Assembly (NCBI GenBank): GCA_043743715.1
Contig: JAYTWK010000055.1
Location: 10,242-74,241, forward strand
Length of the DNA stretch: 64,000 nucleotides
Reading direction: 5' to 3'
Source: a bacterium
Lineage (GTDB): Bacteria; Patescibacteriota; Minisyncoccia; Phycocordibacterales; UBA6899
The notes under the pieces were generated by a model, which was given only the letters and a program-made list of their open reading frames with translations, had not been told where the DNA came from and did not search any database. Of this stretch, positions 46,912 through 54,800 are shown in pieces; position 1 is the first letter of the stretch; every line of letters begins with the position of its first letter. The translations under genes and the position numbers were made by a program.

Positions 46912-47631
46912 TTACTTTTTATAACCGAGACGCTGAGCGAATAGTCGTAGTGGTGTCTTCAGGCCCTCGCGCACGATATGATGCGAGATCTTCGACTCTC
47001 CTTCGCGGCGACTTTTGAAGATGATGGGGACCTCTTTGGTGCGTGCATGCGCATGATGTACCGCATGGAATTTAAACTCAATCTGATATGCATAGCCCGA
47101 TGAACCAAGCTCGTCGAATCGCATATTGCGCAATGTATCAGTACGCACACCGATGAATCCTGCGGTCAAATCATTAATACCACTCGCGGTGAAGAATCGC
47201 GCATACATATTGCCGTACTTACTCAGCATATATCGCCACTTTTCCCAGTTCTCGACTCCCCCACCCGTCACATAGCGCGAACCGACGACGAGGTCATGCT
47301 CGTCGAGTGCTTCGAGCATGGGAGCGAGATACGACGGATCATGCGAACCGTCCGCGTCCATCGTGAAGACATAGTCATAGTCGCCATGTTTCAAGACTTC
47401 ACGTATCGCGTGCTTATATGCGACACCAAGTCCTTGCTTGCCGGGGCGCTTCAGAATTGCGAGTTGCGGATAGCGAGTGACCATCTCGTCAACCACCTCA
47501 CCTGTTCCGTCCGGAGAATTATCATCGATCACCAATATCTGCGCTTCAGGAAGCACGTCGAAAATCTCGGGAATGATATCCTGCACATTCTCACGTTCAT
47601 TATAGGTCGGCAGGAGTACGATATAGCGCAT
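46912..47631 (-). CDS. GT2 polyprenyl-phosphate mannosyl/glycosyl transferase (DPM1-like, soluble form).
   Basis: 239 aa. RYIVLLPTYNERENV, LVIDDNSPDGT, FTMDADGSHDP. Confidence 0.8.
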   Translation of the reverse strand: MRYIVLLPTYNERENVQDIIPEIFDVLPEAQILVIDDNSPDGTGEVVDEMVTRYPQLAILKRPGKQGLGVAYKHAIREVLKHGDYDYVFTMDADGSHDPSYLAPMLEALDEHDLVVGSRYVTGGGVENWEKWRYMLSKYGNMYARFFTASGINDLTAGFIGVRTDTLRNMRFDELGSSGYAYQIEFKFHAVHHAHARTKEVPIIFKSRREGESKISHHIVREGLKTPLRLFAQRLGYKK

Positions 47632-47655
47632 ATGCTTCGCCCACTATAGCAAAAA
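47621..47655. repeat. 35-bp direct repeat, copy 1 (the start codon and 5-prime UTR of the GT2 gene).
   Basis: ATATAGCGCATATGCTTCGCCCACTATAGCAAAAA is identical to 48649-48683. It covers codons M-R-Y-I and the upstream leader on the minus strand. Confidence 0.75.
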
Positions 47656-47747
47656 TGAGGCTGGAGAGAAAATGAACGGAAATTTGAAATGCACTTCGAA
47701 GAAATGCTGGGGGGTTATCTGAGATTAACTATTATGGGCGTGACAAT

Positions 47748-48263
47748 CTACTGAGGAGAAGTTGAAGCTATCGCTTGGGCCAAGTTCGCGCACGGCGACA
47801 AATCCCGTTGACCAAAGCCGACCAAAATATCGTAAAACGCACGAATAGATTGATGTCGGGTAGCTGTGTTCGCAGTCAGGTCACCGGTGTTGAAATTAAG
47901 AAGAGCGCGGGTTGCATTCCTGGTCGCACAATACTGTCTCGACATCAATGTGAGGGCGCTGCTTCTGTTTGCTGGCGTTGGTGACGCGACCATGATCTGA
48001 AATATCTGTGCGTTTGCCATTGCCAGCGGAAAATCTGATGTGCCGCCGAACTGCTTCGCAAGCACCCGCTCCACATCATCTCGCACGCCATTATTATTTG
48101 AATCCACTCCAGCTAGTGTTGCGTCATTCAACGCTGAGGGTGGTTCAGGTGGGACAGCAACTCCATTTATCATAGTGGTATTACTCATTGTGTTTGCAAC
48201 AATAAAAACAGCAAGTGCAGTGACTGCAGCACCCACAACTAACCACGGAACGATCTTATTCAT
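47748..48263 (-). CDS. Signal-anchored secreted or periplasmic protein of unknown function.
   Basis: 171 aa. N-terminus MNKIVPWLVVGAAVTALAVFIV, near-identical to the N-terminus of 48749-50266. Confidence 0.4.
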   Translation of the reverse strand: MNKIVPWLVVGAAVTALAVFIVANTMSNTTMINGVAVPPEPPSALNDATLAGVDSNNNGVRDDVERVLAKQFGGTSDFPLAMANAQIFQIMVASPTPANRSSALTLMSRQYCATRNATRALLNFNTGDLTANTATRHQSIRAFYDILVGFGQRDLSPCANLAQAIASTSPQ

Positions 48264-48645
48264 CCTAAAATTCTATCACATTAGAACCAAACGCTATAGT
48301 ATGTCCATTTTCCAATGTACGTTTTAATTGCTATAGCGGATAAAACGTACATTCTACTTTTTCGCGGACTTCAGTTTTTTGGAATTCTTTTTGAGCCAAG
48401 CAGCGATAGGGGCGAGTTCGAGCTTGTCAGTAACGACCGAAAGGACAAATTGCTCTACGTCAGGATTTGTTGCAGTAAACACATACCCATTCGTCTCCAA
48501 GAAACGCCCCGCAAGTGCGAAGCTGGTGCGCTTATTGCCGTCGACGAACACATGATACTTCGCAGTACTTTCTAAGTAGCAAGCGGCTTTCATGAATACA
48601 TCGGGATACACATCCTTGCCTCCAAAGGCAGTCTTTGGACGCTCG
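48225..48645. repeat. ~420-bp direct repeat, copy A (5-prime end of the secreted-protein gene, the intergenic region and the Doc toxin core).
   Basis: About 85% identical to 50228-50642, including the block TATAGTATGTCCATTTTCCAATGTACGTTTTAATTGCTATAGCGGATAAA(A)CGTACATTCTACTTTTTCG. Confidence 0.7.
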
Positions 48646-48659
48646 ATGATATAGCGCAT
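48354..48659 (-). CDS. Doc (death-on-curing) Fic-family toxin with an intact core but a replaced N-terminus.
   Basis: 101 aa. Fic/Doc motif HVFVDGNKRTSFALAGRFLETNGY. The first 4 codons and the upstream 30 nt are identical to the start of the GT2 gene (the 35-bp repeat). No adjacent antitoxin. Confidence 0.7.
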   Translation of the reverse strand: MRYIIERPKTAFGGKDVYPDVFMKAACYLESTAKYHVFVDGNKRTSFALAGRFLETNGYVFTATNPDVEQFVLSVVTDKLELAPIAAWLKKNSKKLKSAKK

Positions 48660-48683
48660 ATGCTTCGCCCACTATAGCAAAAA
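48649..48683. repeat. 35-bp direct repeat, copy 2 (fused to the Doc core).
   Basis: Identical to 47621-47655. Confidence 0.75.
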
Positions 48684-48748
48684 CCGAACGGAAGCGAAAA
48701 TTGGGTGCCGTAGTGGATGGATTTCGAAACTGCTTGGTGGGCAAATGA

Positions 48749-50266
48749 CTATTTGAGACTGAGTTTATATATCGAAACAAGGGTTGAAGATCCTACTTCC
48801 TTTGAAGTTTCAAAATACAGGATGCCAGAGGTTGATTTGTCCTCAACGAAGTTCCTTACATCATACTCTCCACTTATTTTTTGCCCATCGTAAATGAGAC
48901 TACCTTTTGCGGTTGGTTGCGGTTGGTCAAGGGTGATGTATGCAAGTTTCCCATTAACAGCTTTTAGAGAGAAGGGATTTATGATACCTGTTAGTTCTTT
49001 CTGATCATAAAAGGTGTGATATTCTCTGGCCGCACTGTCATATATTGAATATTCAAGCTTCCCAGCAATTTCACTAAATTGAGGATGGCTATCCATCTTT
49101 GTCTTCACGACTAATCGATTCCCGAGGAAAAGTCGTGTCTCTTTGGAAGCATAGTCCGTTACGAGGTAGGCTGGCTTCCCTATGACCTCAGTCAGTTTTT
49201 CAATACTGTTACCGGATTGAATCATGTTGCCATCAAAGTAAAGTTGCTGAGAATCCTCTGCTGTTTTACCACTAATGTAAGCGAGCTTCCCCGAAATTTT
49301 TCTTATCTCAATATTATATGAGCCGTCAGCAGTAATTTTTTTTCCATCTTCAAAAAGTGTTTGAGTGGTAGGATATTCGCTTCCTATAAATCCGCCAATA
49401 TCCTTAGGTGGGGTTTTATCGACATAGTTGAAAGTGGTATACGCAAGCTTACCATTATCCTCCTCTACGTAGTCTGGTATTTCAGTGGCAGAGATGACTG
49501 CTCCCCCATTGTAAAAAAGAGTATCAATATCAGCAGAAAAATCATGAATAATATACGAAATCCCTTTGCTGGTCTTTTGAAAGTTCTTTATGTCTTGCCC
49601 AGTTACAATTTTCTTTCCATCAAAGAGTAATGTCTTCTGTTTTGACGTTTTATCATAGACGGTATAAGCAAGTTTCCCGTCTACTTCTTTAATGTCAAAC
49701 ATATCAGTCAAACTTGTAACAGGAGCGGTCGCGAGCATCTCTGTACCATAATAAAGTGAGTGGGCTAAGGATTTTGTGTCATTACTGATATACATAAGTT
49801 TCCCAGCCAATTCCTGCATAATAAAAACATTTTCAGCAATCTTTGCCTCGTTCAAGAATAAAGAATTACCAAGATTATGTTTTATGGTGTATGCAATGTC
49901 ACCAGATGGAAGGAGGACGGATTCACCGAGATAAGTACCGGTACGGTCATTTGATTCCGCGAGTGTTTTAGCAACCTTTGCGTTGATAGTTAGTGTCTTT
50001 ACTAAAATTGGCTTCGACGATTGAGGGATACCCGCGACTGGATCAGCTGTACTTGTGCTACTACGATCAGTTGAGGTTGACACGGACGAACCCGCAAGAC
50101 TCTGCGTAACTGCTATAGTCCCTGATGCTTCTGGTTCAAGAAGTGAGCTCGAAGCAATATTACTCACAATAATGGTGGGATGATTTGTTAACAGATATCC
50201 TCCGACAAATACTGCGAGCACCAGCACCGCACCCCCGGTCACCAGCCATGAAACGATTTTATTCAT
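48749..50266 (-). CDS. Signal-anchored secreted protein with about 8 tandem ~38-aa repeats (beta-propeller-like).
   Basis: 505 aa. N-terminus MNKIVSWLVTGGAVLVLAVFV. Recurring units L(F/Y)(F/Y)DG-K-I...(D/N)GKLAY(T/I), e.g. DGKLAYTVYD, NGKLAYTTFN, SGKLAYISGK, GKPAYLVTDY, AGKLEYSIYD, NGKLAYITLD. Confidence 0.5.
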   Translation of the reverse strand: MNKIVSWLVTGGAVLVLAVFVGGYLLTNHPTIIVSNIASSSLLEPEASGTIAVTQSLAGSSVSTSTDRSSTSTADPVAGIPQSSKPILVKTLTINAKVAKTLAESNDRTGTYLGESVLLPSGDIAYTIKHNLGNSLFLNEAKIAENVFIMQELAGKLMYISNDTKSLAHSLYYGTEMLATAPVTSLTDMFDIKEVDGKLAYTVYDKTSKQKTLLFDGKKIVTGQDIKNFQKTSKGISYIIHDFSADIDTLFYNGGAVISATEIPDYVEEDNGKLAYTTFNYVDKTPPKDIGGFIGSEYPTTQTLFEDGKKITADGSYNIEIRKISGKLAYISGKTAEDSQQLYFDGNMIQSGNSIEKLTEVIGKPAYLVTDYASKETRLFLGNRLVVKTKMDSHPQFSEIAGKLEYSIYDSAAREYHTFYDQKELTGIINPFSLKAVNGKLAYITLDQPQPTAKGSLIYDGQKISGEYDVRNFVEDKSTSGILYFETSKEVGSSTLVSIYKLSLK

Positions 50267-50642
50267 CCTAAAATTCTACCACGTTAGAGCCGAACGCTAT
50301 AGTATGTCCATTTTCCAATGTACGTTTTAATTGCTATAGCGGATAAACGTACATTCTACTTTTTCGAAGACTTCAGTTTTTTGGAATTCTTCTTCAGCCA
50401 GGCGGCGATGGCGGGAAGTTCGAGCTTGTCAGTAACGACCGAAAGAACGAAGCATTCAACTTCATCGTTTGTTGCCTCAAAAATATATCCGTTGGTTTCC
50501 AAAAAACGCACCGCCGGCGTAAACTTGTGGGCATATTTTCGTCCACGAACACATGGTACTTCGCAGTACTTTCTAAATAGCAGGCTGCTTTTATAAAGAC
50601 ATCGGGATACTTGTCTCTCCCTCTCCAAAGGCGGTCTTTGGA
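50228..50642. repeat. ~420-bp direct repeat, copy B.
   Basis: See copy A. Contains the degraded Doc copy. Confidence 0.7.
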
Positions 50643-50760
50643 CGCTCTATGATGGAGCGCAGGAGTTCGATCTCGCGCACGCCATGCGCGCCGCTTGTGG
50701 CGTCGACAATGCGCGCATGGATTACCAGCACTTCCGTTTCTGTCAGATATCGAAAGGTCA
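50356..50760 (-). pseudogene. Doc-toxin pseudogene with a frameshift and a destroyed Fic motif.
   Basis: The N-terminal 39 codons (MTFRYLTETEVLVIHARIVDATSGAHGVREIELLRSIIE) are intact at 50644-50760. A 1-nt deletion then turns HVFVDGNKRT into HVFVDENMPT and shifts frame. The C-terminal part is readable in another frame (ORF 50356-50628: ...RFLETNGYIFEATNDEVECFVLSVVTDKLELPAIAAWLKKN). Confidence 0.6.
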
Positions 50761-50766
50761 TCGCTG

Positions 50767-51009
50767 TTATTTTTTTGAAAGCGCGTCGGGTGCGGGGCGG
50801 TAGCGCCTGATGAAGCTATCGGTCCAATCTACAACCTCACGATCAATATCATCGCCAGAAACTGCCTCAATCACCATACGTTTCGACTTCTTATCGACTA
50901 TCACATTCACCTGGTCGCCAATAGCAAGACCAAGCTCCTTGAGAGAGCCTTTTGGAATATTGACCGCAGCGGACGAACCGACTTTGAGTACTTTTTGAGT
51001 CATGCTCAT
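50767..51009 (-). CDS. AbrB/MazE/SpoVT-type antitoxin (Phd-like partner of Doc).
   Basis: 80 aa. Swapped-hairpin motif KVLKVGSSAAVNIPKGSLKELGLAIGDQVNVIVD. Sits immediately upstream of the Doc pseudogene. Confidence 0.65.
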   Translation of the reverse strand: MSMTQKVLKVGSSAAVNIPKGSLKELGLAIGDQVNVIVDKKSKRMVIEAVSGDDIDREVVDWTDSFIRRYRPAPDALSKK

Positions 51010-51044
51010 ATATAATATGGGTCACGTGCCATGGTTCCCGAGAA

Positions 51045-51102
51045 CCGAACACACATCTCATGTTTGTTGTCGTACGACAACAAACATGAGATGTGTGTTC
51101 GG
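51045..51102. repeat. 58-bp perfect palindrome.
   Basis: CCGAACACACATCTCATGTTTGTTGTCGTACGACAACAAACATGAGATGTGTGTTCGG. Fully self-complementary, with no T-run after it on either strand. Lies between the Elp3 gene end and the antitoxin gene start. Confidence 0.8.
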
Positions 51103-51124
51103 CAAACTTTATTAAATGCAAACA

Positions 51125-52777
51125 TCACAGCCCCTTCACCATATACGTACCCTCAAGATGGTAGCCGAGATTGCGGTAGTATTGCCTCACACCGATACCG
51201 GAAATGACTGCGATTTTTTTATAACCTTTTTCTTTTGCTATGTTTTCTGCTTCTAACAAGAGTCGTCGCCCGAAGCCGACATGCTGACCCTGACTACCGT
51301 CCGCACCAACCTTGGTGTGCCTGCCGTAGGTATGGAGTTCGCGTATGAGCGCGGCACCTCTTAAGGTCGGAAGCGGCGCATCCTCTCCCCCGTTGTCGGG
51401 GAGGCGCAGACGAGTGAATGAGACAAGCTGTTGCTTATCTTTATTCTCATAACTCAGGAACATCTCGGTGCCCGAAGGCGTGCGATAGGTAATACTCGAA
51501 AGCGTGAAGTCGTCCGCGTTCACGACCGCCTCGCGCACTTCTCTGCAGCGGATACAGCGGCAGCGCCAGCCATTCATTTCCATATCCTTATCCATCACCT
51601 GACGCAGATTCGAGACTGTACTACCTGCTTTGATGTATGACGCGGGAATATCGCGATATACGCGCAAGATTCGTACATACGGCGGGACCAGCTTCTTTTC
51701 TTCGCGCATCACCTCGATGAGTTCCGGGTCGGTATATGCTTTGAATCCTCCTTGCTTCCAGGTTTCGTATAGTTCGCTGTGTTCAAGCACCATGCACGGA
51801 TAAATCTTGAGCATGTCGGGATGAAAATCTTCGCCTGAAAACAGTTCGGCGAACATACTGATGTCGCGCTCCTTAGTCGAACCGGGAAGATTTGGCATCA
51901 TGTGATAGACCATCTTAAATCCGGCATTTCGCAGGAGCTCGGTCGCGCGCTTTACTCGCTCTATCTTCATGTCGCGCTTCGTGAGTTTGAGTACGTCGTC
52001 ATCTAAATGCTGCACACCTATCTCGACCTTGGTCACACCAAATGTGCGCAGTCGTTCTATCTCAAACTGCGTGATGTAGTCAGGTCGCGTCTCGATTGAG
52101 AGTCCGATCATGCGACACTTCGCGCTCTCATTCTCATCCTGCAGTTTGAGGATATAGGCCAGTCTATCTTTGTATTCCTCGGTGCGTGAATCTTTGCCTG
52201 TACCGTAATCATTGCATGCGCGATAGCTGCCGATGAGAAACTCTTCTTGATACGATGGGTGATAGAAACTCCAGGTGCCGCCAATCACAATCATTTCAAT
52301 CTTGTCTGTCGGATGTCCGTTCATCTCGAGCGCCTTGAGTCGATTCGTGATCTGCATGTACGGATCGAAATCGTTCATCAGCGCACGCGCAGCTGCCGGC
52401 TCCTTGGCGAGATAACTCTTCGGCATTGAGACATCGGTCGGACAATAGGTGCACCGGCCCGGACATGCGAACGGTTTCGTGAGGAGTGAGACGACCGCGA
52501 CCCCGGAATTCGACTTCGTCTTTATCTTGCGCAAGAGGAGCAGCACTTCTTCGTCGCGCCCTTCGCTGCCCTCAGCAATCATTTCTTTATAGAGCGCGAT
52601 GAGCTCGGCCTGTGATGGCAGGTCACTTTTTCTTGCGGCAGCATGACGTACACCGTCTTTCGGGTAATGCATCTTGCTGCGGACATGCGTGAGGCGCGCC
52701 AGAAGCACATCATCCTTGATGATCTGCTTCCTCAGGCGATCAACGTCCTTATCGGTTTTGAGGGCTGCAAATAACAC
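51125..52777 (-). CDS. Elp3-family radical-SAM plus GNAT enzyme (tRNA wobble-uridine modification-like).
   Basis: 550 aa. Radical SAM cluster motif CPGRCTYCP (CxxxCxxC-like, C-x3-C-x2-C). C-terminal GNAT domain GFGRRLLLEAENIAKEKGYKKIAVISGIGVRQYYRNLGY. Length matches Elp3. Confidence 0.7.
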   Translation of the reverse strand: MLFAALKTDKDVDRLRKQIIKDDVLLARLTHVRSKMHYPKDGVRHAAARKSDLPSQAELIALYKEMIAEGSEGRDEEVLLLLRKIKTKSNSGVAVVSLLTKPFACPGRCTYCPTDVSMPKSYLAKEPAAARALMNDFDPYMQITNRLKALEMNGHPTDKIEMIVIGGTWSFYHPSYQEEFLIGSYRACNDYGTGKDSRTEEYKDRLAYILKLQDENESAKCRMIGLSIETRPDYITQFEIERLRTFGVTKVEIGVQHLDDDVLKLTKRDMKIERVKRATELLRNAGFKMVYHMMPNLPGSTKERDISMFAELFSGEDFHPDMLKIYPCMVLEHSELYETWKQGGFKAYTDPELIEVMREEKKLVPPYVRILRVYRDIPASYIKAGSTVSNLRQVMDKDMEMNGWRCRCIRCREVREAVVNADDFTLSSITYRTPSGTEMFLSYENKDKQQLVSFTRLRLPDNGGEDAPLPTLRGAALIRELHTYGRHTKVGADGSQGQHVGFGRRLLLEAENIAKEKGYKKIAVISGIGVRQYYRNLGYHLEGTYMVKGL

Positions 52778-52832
52778 TTGCCAAGATTAGCAAATTGTTT
52801 GATTACTGGTAATTGACAACATGCATTATTAA

Positions 52833-53585
52833 TTGAACTGTGCAGCTTGTTTTTCTTTTTGTGCACGATACACTCAAGGAATGCGAGCTAATACTTCTAA
52901 AAAAATCCTTACCCAAAACCGAGAATCGTATGACAGGATGGCGAAAGAATTTTCCGGGACACGAAACACATTCTGGGAAGAGCTGGTATTCCTCAAGGAA
53001 CATGCGAACCCGGACATGCGGGTCTTGGATATCGGCTGCGGCAACGGCAGATTTTATCCGCTGGTGAAAGAGCGCACGGTACAGTATACCGGCGTCGATA
53101 ATTCACGAGGGCTATTAGATGAAGCGCACAGGAAATTCCCCGATGCAAATTTTGTACAGGGTGACGCGACAGCACTTCCCTTTCCCGACAATACGTTTGA
53201 TATTGCTTACTCGTTCGCGGTCGTGCATCACATCCCGGGACGCGAATTACAGAAAAAATTTTTTAGCGAGGCAGCGCGCGTGCTCTCCCCCGGAGGTACG
53301 CTCATCATCACTTCCTGGCAGCTCTGGCGCCCGCGTTATCTTTCACGACTACTTCCACAGCTACTCCGAAGTATTTTCTTTCTATCGCCGCTTGATGTTG
53401 GCGACATGATGCATACCTTTGGAAAGAATAAACATGTGCGATACCTACACGCATTCACCCACAAAGGACTTCTCCGTCTTATAGAAAGAAACGGCTTTGA
53501 TATCGTCGGCAGCGAGATAGTCGGTCGCGCGAGTGGCTCAGGCGAAAAAAATATTCTTGTCATCGCGACGAAAAGAATCGCATAG
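52833..53585 (+). CDS. Class I SAM-dependent methyltransferase.
   Basis: 250 aa. RVLDIGCGNGRFY, GVDNSRGLL, FAVVHHIPG, VLSPGGTLIITSW. Confidence 0.7.
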   Translation: MNCAACFSFCARYTQGMRANTSKKILTQNRESYDRMAKEFSGTRNTFWEELVFLKEHANPDMRVLDIGCGNGRFYPLVKERTVQYTGVDNSRGLLDEAHRKFPDANFVQGDATALPFPDNTFDIAYSFAVVHHIPGRELQKKFFSEAARVLSPGGTLIITSWQLWRPRYLSRLLPQLLRSIFFLSPLDVGDMMHTFGKNKHVRYLHAFTHKGLLRLIERNGFDIVGSEIVGRASGSGEKNILVIATKRIA

Positions 53586-53593
53586 GATCCCGA

Positions 53594-54646
53594 TCATGCC
53601 TTCCCGAGAAGGGCGAGAATGTTGGTGATGAGTTGCTCAAGTCTTGAACGCTCTGATACTTGTCGCAATAGAAATGCATTGAGTGCTGCCTTATCGCCAA
53701 GTTTGATATAACGCTCGATTTTGTTTGCGCAGTCTTCCGGGTCGCGCAACTTGAAAACCAGTTCGTCCGCATGCGCTCCGAAGTATCCACGGAACGCTTC
53801 GTTTGAAACAATGGCAGGAATACCTGCGGCCATTGATTCAAGAACCGCCTTATCCATGCCGCCTGTCGGACACAGATTGAGTGAGAGGTCACTCTTCCAA
53901 TAATAGTTCGCAATTTCTCTATTTGGCACATTGCCGACAAAAACGACGTCCTCCTCGAGTTGGAGTTCCGAGATCAGTTCGTGGAGCATCTTTTCGTACG
54001 CGATATCCCCTTCCATCACCGCTTCACCGATCAGCATCACTTGAAGCTTGTGTCCGCGGTCGAGAAGAACACGGGTCGCGCGGATAAGGGTATCGAGATT
54101 CTTGATCGGAGTGATGCGACCGACTGAAACGATGGTAAACATGTCGTCATCTCTTTTACTATTTGTCGGTTTGGCAAATTTCGCAAGGTCGACCGCCTGA
54201 CCCATGAAGTTGCGCTTTTTGCTTTCGATGCGGAAGCTCTCTGGGGTTGAGGTATATGCGACATCAATCAATTTCTCCGCGACGCGCAGCTTGAGGTCGA
54301 CATTGCGGTGGATATACCACAGCGCAATCTTCTTTCTCAGGAGTTTCCACAAAGGCGCGCCCAGGATTACGTACGGCGGATTCATGTGGCAGAACACATG
54401 TGTATAATCATTGCGATATTTCCAAGAGTACCAGTAAAAACGCCTGACATATTTAAAAAGCGAACGACCATTCTCTTTGCCGAGCGAGAGTACTCGGACA
54501 TTGGGCGGAAGATTGTATGTTCCGGTCTCAAGAGAAATGACCGTGAGTTGTTCGCACTTCTGTGAGAACAGCACCAGCCAGTCGTGGAAGAAGCCGAAAT
54601 ACCCGTCGTCCTTATTGACCTTTTGAGTGATAACGAGAAGTTTCAT
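53594..54646 (-). CDS. GT4-like (GT-B) glycosyltransferase.
   Basis: 350 aa. C-terminal region ISVGRITPIKNLDTLIRA and CPTGGMDKAVLESMAAGIPAIVSN (EX7E-like). Confidence 0.65.
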   Translation of the reverse strand: MKLLVITQKVNKDDGYFGFFHDWLVLFSQKCEQLTVISLETGTYNLPPNVRVLSLGKENGRSLFKYVRRFYWYSWKYRNDYTHVFCHMNPPYVILGAPLWKLLRKKIALWYIHRNVDLKLRVAEKLIDVAYTSTPESFRIESKKRNFMGQAVDLAKFAKPTNSKRDDDMFTIVSVGRITPIKNLDTLIRATRVLLDRGHKLQVMLIGEAVMEGDIAYEKMLHELISELQLEEDVVFVGNVPNREIANYYWKSDLSLNLCPTGGMDKAVLESMAAGIPAIVSNEAFRGYFGAHADELVFKLRDPEDCANKIERYIKLGDKAALNAFLLRQVSERSRLEQLITNILALLGKA

Positions 54647-54764
54647 CCCGTTAGAGGTAGGAAGTGCTGCACTTCCGTAGTTTATTGTTAAATATCATAT
54701 GCAGATTTTTTGTAATATTTTCATCATATCTCGCGTAGCACCCAAACCGCGCACCTCTAACGGG
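54647..54764. repeat. 118-bp intergenic element with 12-bp terminal inverted repeats (copy 2 of 3).
   Basis: CCCGTTAGAGGT ... ACCTCTAACGGG. An internal perfect 17-bp palindrome GGAAGTGCTGCACTTCC at 54660-54676. Abuts the start codon of the GT4 gene. Confidence 0.7.
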
Positions 54765-54800
54765 ATTCATTATTCATATAAGCGATTATAACAGAATGCG

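Noticed and set aside
48225-50760. Direct repeats initially considered as a possible CRISPR or other repeat array.
   Set aside because: There are only two copies, of ~420 bp, and they contain coding sequence (Doc toxin and signal peptide). This is a gene duplication, not CRISPR.
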